This document shows positions 29,601 to 41,300 of a stretch of 64,000 bases of DNA, piece by piece. The position numbers and the translations under genes are program-made. Source of the stretch: Parachlamydiales bacterium (GTDB lineage: Bacteria > Chlamydiota > Chlamydiia > Chlamydiales > Rhabdochlamydiaceae); the NCBI GenBank assembly GCA_963705295.1, contig OY970065.1:1888001-1952000 (forward strand). Reading direction: 5' to 3'. Every line of letters begins with the position of its first letter. Position 1 is the stretch's first letter. Under the pieces are notes generated by a model, which was not told the origin of the DNA, ran no database searches, and was given only the letters and a program-made list of their open reading frames with translations.

Positions 29601-32323
29601 TTCTCTTTAAGAGGGGCAGGTTTCCACTGAGGGGTGTAATAGGCTAATTCAGCAACTTTTGTGTTAGAACGTGCTTCGAGATTTTCCAGTTCGACGCAGA
29701 CATGTCCGTCTTTATCTAAAATCTGCAAGTCAACATGGGAAGTCTTTCGTCGAACGTGAATATACCCGGTAGAATCTGGTTTTCGATTGATCTTCACCTT
29801 TTCTAGAGAAAAGGGAAGTGCCAATCCGCTTAAGATGTCTATGCCACTTGCATGCAATGCTCCGTCGATAATACTGGGATGTAAACCATACTTTTCTGTT
29901 TCGGCAATCCCACTGGGGAGGGTGTAATATGCCAAAACTTGCCCTTCTTCTGTTCTTGCCCAATCGATGACTTGAAATGTTTTCCCATAATGCAAGCCCA
30001 TCTTTGCAAAATCGTGATAAATCTCCTCTTTTGTAAAGTGTTGAACGAGCTCCTTCTCTAACTCAGAGACGTTCGACCAAGCAGATAGATCGTTTGATTC
30101 ATCATAAACCAAGGTCCCTCGGCCGTGAATATCCTCTTTTGTATAAACGACATACTGGATTTGCCCCTCTTGGGATTCTAGCCGGATACTGACTTCCGCT
30201 TCTCTATCTACAACTAAAGGTTCTGCCCATATGATATCTTGAAAACCAGTGACTTTCTTTCCAGGCCATGCCAAATCACCTGCTGCTCGAGCCATCTCTA
30301 GATAGACAACTCCGGGTAAAACTTTTTGCCCAGAGACAATATGGTCGGCTAAGTAAAATTCGTCGCCTGTAAGTACGGTTCTAAAGCATTGCTCATTCAA
30401 CGTCGATACATTCGAGCCTATAAGGGGGTGGAGTTGAAGCGATGCTCTAATTCCGTGTTTTTGATGGGTTGTAGTAGGAGCCCAATGACGCCTCTTTAAA
30501 AATGGATATGTCGGCAAGTTGATCCGTTGATACCCTTCGCCTGGATGCAAAATCTTCCAATCGATCTCGTACCCCTTGATATACAAATCGGCCAATACGA
30601 GTAACTTTTTCCGGTAAGTTACTGGGTCAAACTGTTTGGTAGAAAAATCGTCTAAAAGCCGCTCTAAGAGCTCCTCAAAAATAGGCTCTCTTTTTTCTGT
30701 TTGCTCCGCTTTTGGCTGAGCGGTTTTTAGAGTTGCTTGTAACTCTTCTATCGAAGAGACTACCAAGGCAAACCGATATTCAAAGTGAGCGCGTCCTACA
30801 TTGAGAGTATAAGCGACCGCCTCGAGAGGTAAATCTGAATGTCGATCTAGGTGAACAGCTAAATCTTTTATCCGCTGTTTCAACGATTCGGGATGTTTTG
30901 CAGAGATGGTCAAGAGATAATAAGGTTTTGATTGCCTTGTAGATAGAGCATACTCAGGCGCCTCTTCGACAATCAAATGTGCATTGGTGCCCCCAGCTCC
31001 AAATGAACTGATTCCTGCGCGACGACGAGTCCCTCCTATAGTTTTCCAATCAGCGGCCTCTTGTTGCACATAGAAGGGCGTCTCCTCGAATTTGATATAC
31101 GGATTCAATTCCTTCGAATGGAGAGAAGGTACCAGTTGTTTATATTTAAGCTGCAAGAGCACTTTCGTCAATGCAACAATCCCAGATGCACCTTCTAAAT
31201 GCCCCAGGTTTGATTTCACTGAGCCCAGCGCACATGTTTGTTTCCGAATACTTTCTCCAAAAGCTTTACATAAACCGGTTATTTCTATGGGATCACCAAG
31301 GGTAGTCCCTGTACCGTGTCCTTCGATATAGCTAATGCTCTCGGAAGAAATCGCACCCTTTTCAAGCGCTTTCTTAATGAGTTCGGCTTGCGCATCTGGA
31401 TTAGGAACCGTAAATCCATTCGCCTTTCCCCCATGATTCATATGCGAGCTAAGAATCGTGCCGTAAATTCGGTCTCCATCCAGGAGTGCCTGTTGTAGAG
31501 GTTTGAGGAATACTACCCCAATTCCTTCCCCTGGCACATAACCATCACCTCCCGCTCCAAAGCTGCGGCATCTTCCTTTCTCAGAAAGCATTCCCATCTT
31601 ACTCAGAATCAGGTATTTAGTTGGATGCAAGGATAAATTCACACCCCCTGCTAAAGCATATTGACAATCGCCTCGCCAGATACTTTCACAGGCCATGTGA
31701 ACGGCAACGAGGGAGGAGGAGCAAGCCGTATCAATCACGAGGCTAGGCCCTGAAAAATCAAGATAATAGGAGATCCGATTCGCTAAAAAAGAATTGTTGG
31801 AGTTCCCAAAGCAAACTCCCGCTTCCGTTTCCTCTTTATATAATAATTGGTACTCATTCCACATGACACCCATGAACACCCCTACCTGGCCCTGTCCCTC
31901 GCATTGGTGCCCCAGACTCTGTGGATCATAACCGGCGTCTTCGATGGCAGACCAAGCAACTTCTAAAATCATCCGCTCTTGGGGGTCCATCCCTGCTGCT
32001 TCATGTGGAGAAATGTTAAAAAATAAAGAATCAAACTTGTCAATCTCTGTTAAAAAACTTCCCCATTTACTATAGATTTTATGTGGAGTATTTTTTTCTG
32101 GATGATAAATGGAACTCGAATCCCAACGTTCAATTGGAACTTCCTTAACACAGTCCTTGCCTAATTTAAGATTTTCCCAAAATTGTTCTAAATTATCTGC
32201 CTCTGCATAACGGCCACTGATCCCAACAACAGCAATGGGATCAGGCTTCGAACCGCTGACTTTTTCTAAATAAGCCCTTTTCTGTTCCACACTTAATTTT
32301 GACCATTCAGACTTCGTTAACAT
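20621..32323 (-). CDS. Hybrid trans-AT PKS/NRPS: dock-KS8-DH-KR-ACP-C-A(Pro-like)-T-C-A(Ser)-T-R, 3900 aa
   Basis: KS: DTACSSS, HGTGT, NLGHLE. DH: HIVSGQKVLPG. KR: TGGLGELG. ACP: GFDS. C: HHIITDG and HHIISDG. Two YTSGSTGxPKG A domains and two GGHS T domains. R: LTGVTGFVG...YIQSK. No AT domain. Confidence 0.95.
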   Translation of the reverse strand: MLTKSEWSKLSVEQKRAYLEKVSGSKPDPIAVVGISGRYAEADNLEQFWENLKLGKDCVKEVPIERWDSSSIYHPEKNTPHKIYSKWGSFLTEIDKFDSLFFNISPHEAAGMDPQERMILEVAWSAIEDAGYDPQSLGHQCEGQGQVGVFMGVMWNEYQLLYKEETEAGVCFGNSNNSFLANRISYYLDFSGPSLVIDTACSSSLVAVHMACESIWRGDCQYALAGGVNLSLHPTKYLILSKMGMLSEKGRCRSFGAGGDGYVPGEGIGVVFLKPLQQALLDGDRIYGTILSSHMNHGGKANGFTVPNPDAQAELIKKALEKGAISSESISYIEGHGTGTTLGDPIEITGLCKAFGESIRKQTCALGSVKSNLGHLEGASGIVALTKVLLQLKYKQLVPSLHSKELNPYIKFEETPFYVQQEAADWKTIGGTRRRAGISSFGAGGTNAHLIVEEAPEYALSTRQSKPYYLLTISAKHPESLKQRIKDLAVHLDRHSDLPLEAVAYTLNVGRAHFEYRFALVVSSIEELQATLKTAQPKAEQTEKREPIFEELLERLLDDFSTKQFDPVTYRKKLLVLADLYIKGYEIDWKILHPGEGYQRINLPTYPFLKRRHWAPTTTHQKHGIRASLQLHPLIGSNVSTLNEQCFRTVLTGDEFYLADHIVSGQKVLPGVVYLEMARAAGDLAWPGKKVTGFQDIIWAEPLVVDREAEVSIRLESQEGQIQYVVYTKEDIHGRGTLVYDESNDLSAWSNVSELEKELVQHFTKEEIYHDFAKMGLHYGKTFQVIDWARTEEGQVLAYYTLPSGIAETEKYGLHPSIIDGALHASGIDILSGLALPFSLEKVKINRKPDSTGYIHVRRKTSHVDLQILDKDGHVCVELENLEARSNTKVAELAYYTPQWKPAPLKEKERTIHSLCVVGRDSALVSELRKHLPDHRVLHLDEKEDYALFIQSMRKDNIKLSHFILANESDAPAYIDTQIHSLTVLLQSLMEAKVDGDLHFVVPYPYESSKLEPGIMVTGLAKSLAQENPRYRMHVVGYNSFTQLVDELKYAQEFHIRYVGDERQVEHYVKEATPQIPGDLPLRQKGVYLITGGLGELGLVFAEYLAKTYQARLILTGRSALTPEKQKQIESMGGEILYLQGDVTDQETVEKWIEAAKARFGSLQGIIHSAGIVEDRLLFQKDWSSFRSVLLPKVLGTIHLDAATAHENLECFVMFSSLASCFGNVGQTDYATGNAFLDAFAHFRSEQVKKGERRGRTLSMNWPLWAEGGMGRNETTIEALKALGMEILPSKQGMEAFVRCLSQTSAPQFIVLYGNQNDLANPSVNLSNTSDLPFAQQEQILEYMRRDIVKTVALVLKLEPEAIHPAKELSIYGFDSIAFTRLANQLKQIYGFSVSQNSFFEYPTIEGLSQHLWRTHTPQLMAHYTEAQMPEIVVSFPETSNSLSIGQEQLFATSLLTPNAATYNIGMAWELIGEVEIAALRKALNIIVERHDAIRMSFLINGEETKAVVQRKIEIDLPIKKSFETGLDVQQLEINEVIEKLHGEPFDLGKAPLFRCCLLQFPNHRNVFIYAMHHIITDGWSLGILNKELMQNYNALIIHSQYTASPLKTSYADFIHWQHRLLGNEEQSILHFWQQKLSSLPDPLQLPTAQRRTGMYRAAGENIVFPQLLAEQLKRFIKRESASLFVCLLSAYQVLLARYANQPDLIIGIPFFGREDEKFENTIGYFINTVPCRTQLSDSLSFADLMKENQSFIMQAQKNQTLSMSKLIRKLNIQRDLSGNHLFKVIFNFINMPISDLKLAGLQSHIIWYEEGQTEYDLNMTIIEEKDSFRLALKYNGDLFDKTFITQLLVNYLKLLESALSNQNSSVWNLEFIGDEEKHKLIEERNQTEIAYQKGKTIHQLFEDQVEKTPHDIAVIFENEQLTYQELNAKANQLAHYLRIQGVKPNSLVALSLDRGLNLPIGLLAVLKAGGAYVPLDPNYPKERLDFMLEDSKASILLNENDIEEKSKWKDLPVTNLDSSGDPSNLAYVIYTSGSTGQPKGVMMSHGSLCNLLEWQKQNFVFKEQVNVLQFSALSFDVCFQECFSTWLNGSTLVLFSENEKRDISAVLHILKEKKINRIFLPFVALSALVEHYKNQRGVLADLREVITAGEQLVISTAVANFLEDHPHCTLVNQYGPTETHVVTSFTLQPPYSDLPPIGRPIANTSLYILDKHRQLVPEGVAGELYIGGKGVASGYLNRPELTEERFIRNPFESRNSSLYQTGDLVRYLPDGNIEYLGRLDEQVKIRGFRVELGEIEIAITSHSQIKQCIVAPHKENGQNSLIAYIVLNSVMEDDLLNELNGYLLQKLPSYMVPTAFVPLESLPLTPSGKVNRKALSLSSNSVVLHAKSSYVAPTKAIELQLTSMWSELLDVKQIGIHDNFFLLGGHSLNGAQLMARIKNHYRMDLPLRSLFKHPTIEELAKLVEVTLKQEQSLIPMLTKQEPGETIPLSFAQQRLWFLDQLIENKATYNIPVALKLTGRLNEAALERSFQKLVNRHESLRTYFTAVEGEPQQVVTPYLFTLERYDLEEEAIEWISRKAMEPFDLTKLPLMRVALVALTPAEHVLLITMHHIISDGWSLDIMVRELNQFYNHYAYEKPLLFDELPVQYVDYTLWQRSWLKGDVLQNQLSYWHEQLKGATGILNFPTDKPRPAMVSHRGKVYQRMIHKNLASGLKSLGEKHQVTLFMTLLSLLQVLLYRYSHQEDIVIGSPMAGRKEKDVEGLIGFFVNTLVLRGNLADRPTFAELLEQAKETTLQAYGHQDIPFEQLVDHFKVNRMLDRHPLFQVMLVLQNTRAQRVNLEELEAALFPIDYQFSKFDLTFSFIEHEWGELGLTIEYATDLFYDSTIEKMADHFVNLIAAVIENVDKRIDDLNLLTESDRCTQLIEWNDTFKDYPRDKTIHQLFEEQVEKTPNLVAVVFEEKELTYAELNIKANQLAHYLRSQGVKQDTLVAISLERSLELVISILGVLKAGGAYVPLDPSYPEDRLQFMLQDSQSFLLITHSKFQDCFANNETGFDNPVFVNHPSDLAYVIYTSGSTGKPKGVMNTHLGLVNRILWMQEQYLLKRTDRVLQKTTFSFDVSVWEFFWPLITGACLVIARPHIHKDAEALIESIQQQKISVIHFVPSMLSNFLEGEKVETCHSLRLVFASGEALSTVLQDRFYHRLNAELHNLYGPTEAAIDVSYWHCKQDCPLHTVPIGKPIANMQLYILDKLLQPVPIGVSGELYIGGVGLARGYLNRPELTAGRFIPHPFASSEENLRLYRTGDTVRYLQDGNIEYLGRMDDQVKIRGFRIEIGEVESAIISYPDVKQCVVIAREDEGDKKLVAYLVTSTRLKEEASADFIVHLRDHISRILPDYMIPLVFVFLENIPLTQSGKVDRHSLPKPDKLYRQQENQFIAPKTELEKKLASLWASLLGVDEAKISINDNFFNLGGHSLLITRLLANVKKQLKLEYTVRDFIEQPTIARMIALSGTGDGSFNKLIHRIEADAQLPRSIKITAKNKPLLSPKVILLTGVTGFVGVHLLKELLNSTDAHVVCLIRGEDESGARSKLVQQLTKYELIDEVDLNRVEILVGDLSKPKLGLPEQQFEWLAREIDTIYHNGAYVHHIYDYESLRATNVVSMVELIQLAVEIKNKRLHFISTISAANSLDENVTFEVLPTHFKQGYIQSKWVAEQLMVQALDRGMEGSIYRLGTVQGQQTTGIVNEGNHVTLLLKSCIQFGVAPRLDMPIEMTPVDIVSKSVVQLSLQSNLPVVYHLNNPQVTDWNTLIDALTRYGYPIQLIDEKQWHQDYLSSLTEENALFALASLYADGFDNAAHRQVHCSKTQLQLKKLGIRYPKIGPRLLGKYIRYLEKVDFLPISL
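28510..31080 (-). repeat. Module-8 post-KS/DH/KR region, near-identical in long blocks to module 5 (about 39500-42060)
   Basis: About 29060-30140 matches about 40050-41130 almost base for base (offset 10991); the translated blocks are shared between both proteins. Confidence 0.9.
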
Positions 32324-35300
32324 TAACCTTTCTCCCCAGTTAATTTTTCAAATAATAAATCCAATTCAGACTCGATCATTTCTTGAAATGGGACTGAGTC
32401 ATTATGGTCAGAAGAAGGATTTGTACTTGTAACGGACACACCATATAAGACTTTTTCGAGAGCTGTCCGTTGTTCTTTTACTAAATAACGAGCAAGTCCT
32501 TCTAAATTCCGATATTCAAACAACAAAGTTTTACGCAAGCTAGTAAAATCTTTGCCAAGCTCCCGATTAATATTAATAATTGCTATGGAATCCATCCCAT
32601 ATTCTTCTAAGGCTTTCTTACTTTCGATTCGATCTATCGGAAGATGAGTCACTTTCGAGATCACCTCTTTTAAATATCTCTCTGTCTCTTGCACTAATTC
32701 ATGATCTCCTTGAGCTGGCGGTGGTGTTATGGATGGTTTTAAAGATACGACTCCCAATACCCGCTCAACTCTTGATTTTTCACCTACTGCGACAAATACC
32801 TGTGTGGTAGAAGTTGCTATAGCGCGGCATAACAGCTGAGTAAAAATCTGCAACCCCTGTTCTGTGGTTAAAGCCTTCATTCCAGAGTAACCAAAATAGA
32901 CTGCTGCCTCTTCTTCTGAGAGTCGAAGTCCACCTTTTTCCCAATACGGCCAATTAATGGATAAACTGATCCCATGCCGTCGCCCTTCATTGACGAATTG
33001 CTGACGCAAGGCCATGTAACTATCCATAAATCGATTTCCTACGGCATAACTACCAGCACCATAATCTCCTACCTCAGCAGAAATAGAGGAAAATACAACA
33101 AAGAAATCCAAAGGGTGATCTTTCGTTAATTCATCCAAATGGCGTGTTCCCTCCAATTTGGGAGCCAAGATCGCTGAGAATCTTTCCTGATCCGCTTGGG
33201 TGTAAGGAACTCGATCAACGACTCCCGCAGCATGCAGGATTCCATCTAAGTCACCGAACCTAGCTTTTGAAACTTTAAGCAAGTTTACGATATCTTCTGA
33301 TTGACTAACGTCCCCTTGCACATACAAAACCTCACCACCTTTTGCTACGAGGTTTGCCAAAAACTGTTTTCGCCCTTTGTCTAATGGACTACGCCCCATG
33401 AGAACTAGCCTAGCTTGGTATTGATCGGCTAGATACTCGGCAAAAAGCAATCCTATCCCACCCAGACCACCTGTGATCAGGTAGGTTCCTCGAGGTTTTA
33501 AAAGAGTCTTTGGCTCTCTATCATAAGGCATTTCGAAAGGCTGAAGTTGGCGAATAAACCGCTGTTTATTCCAATATTTAATTTCACGACTAACCTGAGC
33601 TTTTAATTCTTTAACTAGGGATTTTAAACCTTGAGAGGAGATCAGTTCTAACTCGTCCATTTGCACCATGTTTAATCGCCAATTGGGCTTGAGAATTTTT
33701 ATTGCGCTCGCAAAGCCCGCGATAGCCTCGTGTTGTGGTTGATGATTGGAAGTATGGCTTGCAAAAGCAAATAGACAACTCACCCCTTTTACACGATCTT
33801 CTACTGCATCAAAAGCTTGAAACAGGGCAAGGCATGAAAAAAGTCCTTCTTCTAAACTTGTCTTCAGTTTTTCGTTGACATCTGGCCAAGTTAACTCCTC
33901 CGTTCTATTCCACAAATGCAGAACATGACGGATGGGAATTCCTTGATGGACTAAGTGTTGCAGAAACTGCTGGTAATCACTCGCCTGATTTACTCGCAGA
34001 GTATAGGTGTCTTTTCCTATTTGTTCATAACATCTCCCGGGACATACCAAAATAACCCGGTGCGCCAATGACCGTAAGGCGTCTTGAGAGAGACCTTCCT
34101 TGCCAAACACAATTAAGGTGTCTATTTCCTTCCCCTCTTCCTCATGAAGATCGACGGGTACCCACTGAGGTTGATAGAGCAGCAGGTCTTCTTTTTTTAA
34201 AGCTGATTTGTCCTCTAACCAATACCTCTCTTTCAAAAACGGGTAGGTGGGAAGATTCACTTTTTGGTGGGCTTCTCCTTGATGCAATACATCCCAATCT
34301 AAATTATAACCTTTCACATAGAGGGTCGCCAAAGATTCCAATTCGACTTCCCTCAACGCACCGAGCGCTTTTTGATGATCTACCCTATTTTCGGGCAAGT
34401 GACTAGTGTCTCCATAAAAATATCCCGGAAATTCGTGTTTTAGCTGCTTCATAGCTTGACTCAGCTTTTCCCGCAGATCTGCTTTATTTTTCACAACAAA
34501 TGCGCACCGATATTCAAAGTGAGTCCGCCCTGTATTTAAGGTATAGGCGATTGTCTCTAGACATAAGTCGGGATGAGCATCGAGATGTTCCAGTAAATCT
34601 TCGATCCGTTGCTGTAAAGAATCTGAATGTTTCGCAGACAAGGTCAACAAATAATACGGCTTATTTTGCTCCGTCGATAAAATATATTCTGGTCCTTCTT
34701 CGACAATCAGATGGACATTACTCCCTCCTGCACCAAAGGAGCTAATCCCAGCTCGGCGAGGATATTCTAATCTAGGTTTCCATTCTGTTAGCCCCTGTTG
34801 GACATAGAACGGAGTCTTATGAAATGCAATGTTGCGATTCAAAATTTCAGAGTGAATAGAGGGGACAAGTTGTCGATTTTTAAGTTGTAAGACCACCTTG
34901 GTCAATGCGACAATTCCAGCAGCTCCTTCAAGATGTCCAACATTCGATTTTACTGAACCTATAGAACACGATTGATGGACTATTTTTTCACCAAAAGCCT
35001 TACATAACCCTGTTATTTCTATGGGATCCCCTAGACTCGTTCCCGTTCCATGTGCTTCGACGTAGCTGATACTTTCAGCTGGGATTTCACCCTTTTCTAA
35101 AGCTCCCTGAATTAATTCTGCATGCGCATCGGGGTTAGGAACCGTGTAACCATTCGTTTTTCCACCATGATTGGTATGGGAACTTCGGATAATCCCGTAA
35201 ATTTGATCGCCGTCTGCTACCGCTTGTTGAAGAGGTTTTAGCAATACGACCCCAACCCCTTCGCCCGGCACATAACCATCGCCACCGTCGCCAAAACTTC

Positions 35301-38300
35301 GACATTTTCCTTCGGTTGAAAGCAAGCCCAATTGACTCATGTTGACATATTTACTGGGATGCAAAGATAAATTCACTCCACCCGCTAAAGCATACTGACA
35401 ATCTCCTTGCCTTATGCTCTCACATGCCATATGGACCGCCATGAGTGAAGAGGAACAGGCGGTATCTATGACCAAACTCGGCCCAGAAAAATCAAAGTGA
35501 TAAGAGATGCGATTGGCCAAGGAAGCATTATTAGAGTTCCCGAAAATCAATTCTTGACCCGCATACTCTTTCTGTAACAGCTGGTATTCATTCCACATCA
35601 TTCCTACGAAGACTCCCACACGTCCTTTCTTCAAACGTTTGAAGCTAGATGGATCATAACCGCCGCTCTCGTAGGCTTCCCATACCATCTCCAGCATGAG
35701 CCGTTCTTGAGGGTCCATCATGACAGCTTCGCGGGGAAGAATATTAAAAAATAAAGGATCAAATTTATCTACATCGGCCAGAAAGCTTCCCCATTTGCTG
35801 CTGCTTTTATGAGGAATATTTTTCTCTGGGCTATAGAAGGAACGCCAATTCCAACGGTGGGCTGGGATCTCGGTCACACAGTCCCGTCCATTTTTTAGAT
35901 TCTCCCAAAATTTCACCAAGTTATTCGCTTCTGCATAACGACCACTGAGACCGATGATAGCAACTGCATCGCTTCTACTTTGCACTTTTGATTTTACGAT
36001 GGCGATCGATGGAGCATTATCCCCGGAGGATTTTATCTGGCCCTTGCCCAATAATTTTTCTAGGTGCTCTGGATAATGTTGAACCAGATAGGCTGCTAAA
36101 CCCTCAAGGGTTCGATATTCAAATAGGAGAGTTTTACGCAAATCAGGAAAATCTTGGGTTAATCGTTGATTGAGGGTGACAATCATGACCGAATCAATCC
36201 CATAAACTTCTAAAGGTTGATGAATATCGATGCGCTCTATCGGAAGCTTTGCTGCAGCCGCTAAAAGATTCTTCAAATAGTTTTGCATTATAGATGAAGC
36301 CTCTAAAGATGTTTGATTGAGAATGGGTTTGTTCGAAGAGGCGAAGGGTCTTACGCTAAAGCCCCGAAGCTTTACACAAACCTGACCCAATAGATCCACT
36401 AGGGTGATATCATTATAACGAACCTCTTCTCCTTGAGAATAATCAGAAAGAGTTGCATAGGCATAAGATTCTTCCGGAATTTGCTTATAAAAAATAAGCT
36501 CTTCTAAATAAAACGGGATTGCTAGCTGTCCGACTTGATCAAGACTCTGGCGAATGCCAAAACTCGACCTTAATCCACCATCGAGCAAACTGGGATGTAA
36601 ACTATAGGCAGCAAAATCATCGATACAAACGCTGGGAAGACTCAGTTTTGCTAAACCTTCCCGTTCGTTCCCATAAAGAGTTGACATAACCTGAAAACTC
36701 GGACCGTAAGCAAATCCCAATGCTTCCAACTTGGGATAAATCGTAAATTTGTCTCCAAGAAAATCGGAGCGAGATTCAATATCCTTTACAGATAGCGACT
36801 CTAAAGACTCCCTTGCAGGACTATAGTCGACCTGACCTTCCACATGCACGATAACATTGCTATTTTTCTTTGTGTAGATTTGGAAATCCGCACTTTGCTG
36901 ATTCTCATGCGGGGAGAGTTGAATCCAAACTTCTATAGAGGAACCATCGGAAACAATAGGCTGTATCCACATGACATGTTTTAATCGTGTCACTGATTTG
37001 CCAGCAGCTATCGAGCCTGCAATTTTGGCCATCTCTAAATAGGCTGTACCAGGCAAAATGGATTGACCAAGTACAATATGGTCCGCTAGATTTAAATCGG
37101 CTGAAGTGAATGTTTTTTTAAATATCTGATCCTTAAATGTAGACTCATTGGTATCGATAAGTGGATGTAAAGGTGCAGCAGGTCGGCTCTCAGCTGCAGG
37201 CACCCAATAACGTTCTTTCAAAAATGGATAGCCTGGCAAACTAATGCGCTGCTCTGGTTCATTTAAATGGAGAGTCTTCCAGTCCACTTCACACCCTCTA
37301 ACATATAAATTTGCCAACATCTCCAAGGTTTCTTTTGTCGTTTCACGGAGATCTATTTGCTTTAACTGCTGAATAGAATCTTCTGAAACTTGACCAGCAT
37401 TCCCTTGAAAACATCCGGGCGGGTTCTTTTGCGCTAGCAAATCTTCCAATTTATTTTGCAATTCCTCTTTAGAAGAAACCACCAAAGCGCACCGATAATG
37501 AAAATGACTCCGTCCTACATTCAACGTGTAAGCAATCGCCCCTAAGGGGTCATCCGCATGTTTATTTAGGTATGTGTATAAATCTTTTATCCGTTGTTTT
37601 AAGGAATCTGGATGTTTGGCTGATAAAGTTAATAAATAATACGGTTTCGATGGCTCCGTCGATAAAATATATGCTGGTCCTTCTTCAACAATAATATGTG
37701 CATTGCTTCCTCCCGCACCAAACGAACTGATCCCAGCTCGGCGTGGATAGCCAGGTTTTGGTTTCCATTCGGCCATCTCCCGCTGTACGTAAAATGGAGT
37801 CTGATCGAATTCAATGTAGGAATTTAAATTTTCACAGTGTATCGAAGGCATTAACTGTTTGTATTTAAGTTGCAAGAGCACTTTAGTTAATGCAACGATC
37901 CCTGCGGCTGATTCTAAGTGACCTACATTCGATTTAACAGAGCCAATAGAACAAGATTGCAAGGGGATCCCCTCTCCAAACGCTTTGCTGAGGCCCCGAA
38001 TCTCAATCGGATCTCCTAGAGTTGTTCCTGTTCCATGGGTTTCAACATAACTGATACTTTCGGGTAAAATATGCCCCTGTTTCAAGGCAGTATCAATCAG
38101 CGAGGCTTGGGCATTTGGATTTGGAACTGTATACCCATTGCTAAATCCTCCATGATTCACACTGCTGCCTCGAATCACGCCATAAATTCGATCGCCATCT
38201 TCTAGAGCTCGGTCGAGAGGTTTGAGCAGCACAGCTCCTACTCCTTCTCCGGGAACATATCCATCCCCTCCTTCGCCAAAACTGCGACATTTGCCATCGG

Positions 38301-41300
38301 TAGATAAAAACCGACCTTGGCTCAACAAGAGATATTTATTCGAATGAGAGGCAATATTGACGCCACCAGCTAAGGCAGTTTCACATTCGCCACTGCGGAG
38401 ACTCATACAAGCTAAATGTAAAGCTGTTAATGAAGAAGAACACATCGTGTCTACTGCTAAACTAGGTCCATGCAGATTCAAATAATAAGAGACTCGGTTA
38501 GCAATCGATGAGAAAGAGGAACTAAGAGCAATATTTTCTTCCGCACCAAATAATTGGTAGGGGCCATACATGACTCCAACGAATACCCCGACAGCTCGTT
38601 TTGCTGCCTGACTATCGCCTAGATTCAATCTCTCAGGGGTATACCCTGCATCTTCTAATGTCTGCCAAGCCACTTCCAAAAATAGCCGTTCTTGAGGATC
38701 AAGTATTTCGGCCTCACGCGGCGAAATGTTAAAAAATAGTGGATCAAACTTGTCGTGATCCGCAATAAATCCCCCCCATTTTCCATAACTTTTCCCACTT
38801 GTTCCTTTGCTTGGATCATATTGGGCATTGCCATCCCAACGGTCTTGTGGAATCTCTGTAACACAATCTTTTCCGCTCTTTAAATTTTCCCAAAACTCAT
38901 CCAGATTGTTTGCCATCGGATACCGACCGCTAAGTCCAATGATCGCAATTCCCTCATCACGAATTCTCTTCTCAACTGAACCTAAACCAGTGCGTATCTT
39001 TGCAGGCCCGTCCCGTTCGATCAGTTGTGTTATCTTTAATTTATCTTCTAATTTCCCTTGATGGCCTCTGACCAAGTACCCTGCTAATGCTCTGACACTT
39101 TGATATTCAAAGAAGAGTGTCTTAGGCAGGTTACCCATCTCTTCTTCCAATCGACGGGTCAGAGCGACAATCCTCACTGAATCTAAGCCGTAACGCTCAA
39201 AAGGCACATCTTCTTGAAGCCGTTCTATGGGAAGTTTTAAAGTGCCTGCAATTTTCTCTTTGAGATATTGAACCGTTTTTTCCAGTAACAGATCTTCATT
39301 CATTCCTCCAGTTTTAACTCGATCTTCTTCGACAGGCGCCTCAAAAGTTGAGCGGGCAATCTGGTCTTGGTAACCATAAAAGACCAAAGACTGTGGAGAG
39401 TGTAAGGAGAGATTCTCTAGGAATGCCCGTATCCCCATCTCACTGGGGAGACTGAGCAGTCCCCATTGTTGAATGAGGTACTCTTCGGTTGCTTCGTTGC
39501 TACCCATTCCCCCTTCCGCCCATAGCGGCCAGTTCATAGAAAGAGTTCTTCCCCTTCGCTTACCTTTCTTCACTTGTTCAGAGCGAAAGTGGGCAAACGC
39601 ATCTAAAAATGCATTTCCCGTCGCATAATCGGTTTGTCCTACATTTCCAAAGCAGCTCGCAAGAGAGGAGAACACCACAAAGAACTCTAAGTTTTCTTGT
39701 GCTGTGGCAGCATCGAGATGGATTGTTCCCCATACTTTTGGCAAGAGGACCGACCTAAAACTACTCCAATCCTTCTGAAATAGAAGCCTATCTTCCACGA
39801 TTCCAGCGCTGTGAATAATTCCATGTAAGCTCCCAAAATGGGCCTTCGCAGCAGAAATCCACTTCTTTACCGTCTCTTCATCGGTCACGTCTCCCTGCAA
39901 GTAAAGAGCCTCTCCTCCGTGGCTCTCGATCTGTTTTAGTTTCTCGGGCTTTAATGCGCTACGCCCTGTGAGAATAAGTCTTGCCTGGTATGTTTTTGCT
40001 AAATATTCAGCAAAAATGAGGCCTAAACCTCCTAGTCCTCCTGTAATCAGGTAAACACCCTTTGGGCGCAAAGGAAGATCTCCGAGAATTGGAGGTGTTG
40101 TCTCTTTGACATAGTGTTCTACCTGCCGTTCATCTCCCACATATCTTACATGGAACTCTTGGGCGTATTTCAGTTCATCGACCAGTTGGGTAAAAGAATT
40201 ATATCCCACCACATGCATCCGATATCGGGGATTTTCCTGGGCCAGGCTCTTGGCCAGTCCCGTGACCATTATTCCCGGTTCTAATTTTGAAGACTCATAG
40301 GGATACGGCACCACAAAATGGAGATCTCCATCCACTTTTGCCTCCATGAGGCTTTGCAATAATACGGTGAGAGAATGTATCTGTGTGTCGATATACGCAG
40401 GCGCATCAGACTCGTTTGCTAAAATAAAGTGGCTCAGCTTGATGTTGTCCTTGCGCATGGATTGAATAAATAAGGCATAATCTTCTTTCTCATCGAGATG
40501 AAGAACACGGTGATCGGGGAGGAGCTTTCTCAATTCAGAGACCAATGCACTATCTCTTCCCACAACACATAGGCTGTGTATTGTCCTTTCTTTCTCTTTA
40601 AGAGGGGCAGGTTTCCACTGAGGGGTGTAATAGGCTAATTCAGCAACTTTTGTGTTAGAACGTGCTTCGAGATTTTCCAGTTCGACGCAGACATGTCCGT
40701 CTTTATCTAAAATCTGCAAGTCAACATGGGAAGTCTTTCGTCGAACGTGAATATACCCGGTAGAATCTGGTTTTCGATTGATCTTCACCTTTTCTAGAGA
40801 AAAGGGAAGTGCCAATCCGCTTAAGATGTCTATGCCACTTGCATGCAATGCTCCGTCGATAATACTGGGATGTAAACCATACTTTTCTGTTTCGGCAATC
40901 CCACTGGGGAGACTGTAATGCGCCAAAACTTGTTCTCGTGCTGTTCTTCCCCAATCGAGGACTTGAAATGTTTTCCCATAACACAAGCCCATCTTTGCAA
41001 AATCGTGATAAATCTCCTCTTTTGTAAAGTGTTGAACGAGCTCCTTCTCTAACTCAGAGACGTTCGACCAAGCAGATAGATCGTTTGATTCATCATAAAC
41101 CAAGGTCCCCTGACCGTGAATTTCCTCTTTTGTATAAACGACATACAGGATTTGCTCTTCATGGAGCTCTAATCGAATATGGACCTCTACTTCTTTATCG
41201 ACGACTAAAGGTTTTGCCCATACGATATCTCGAAAACCAGTGACTTTCTTTCCAGGCCATGCCAAATCACCCGCTGCTCGAGCCATTTCTAGATAGACCA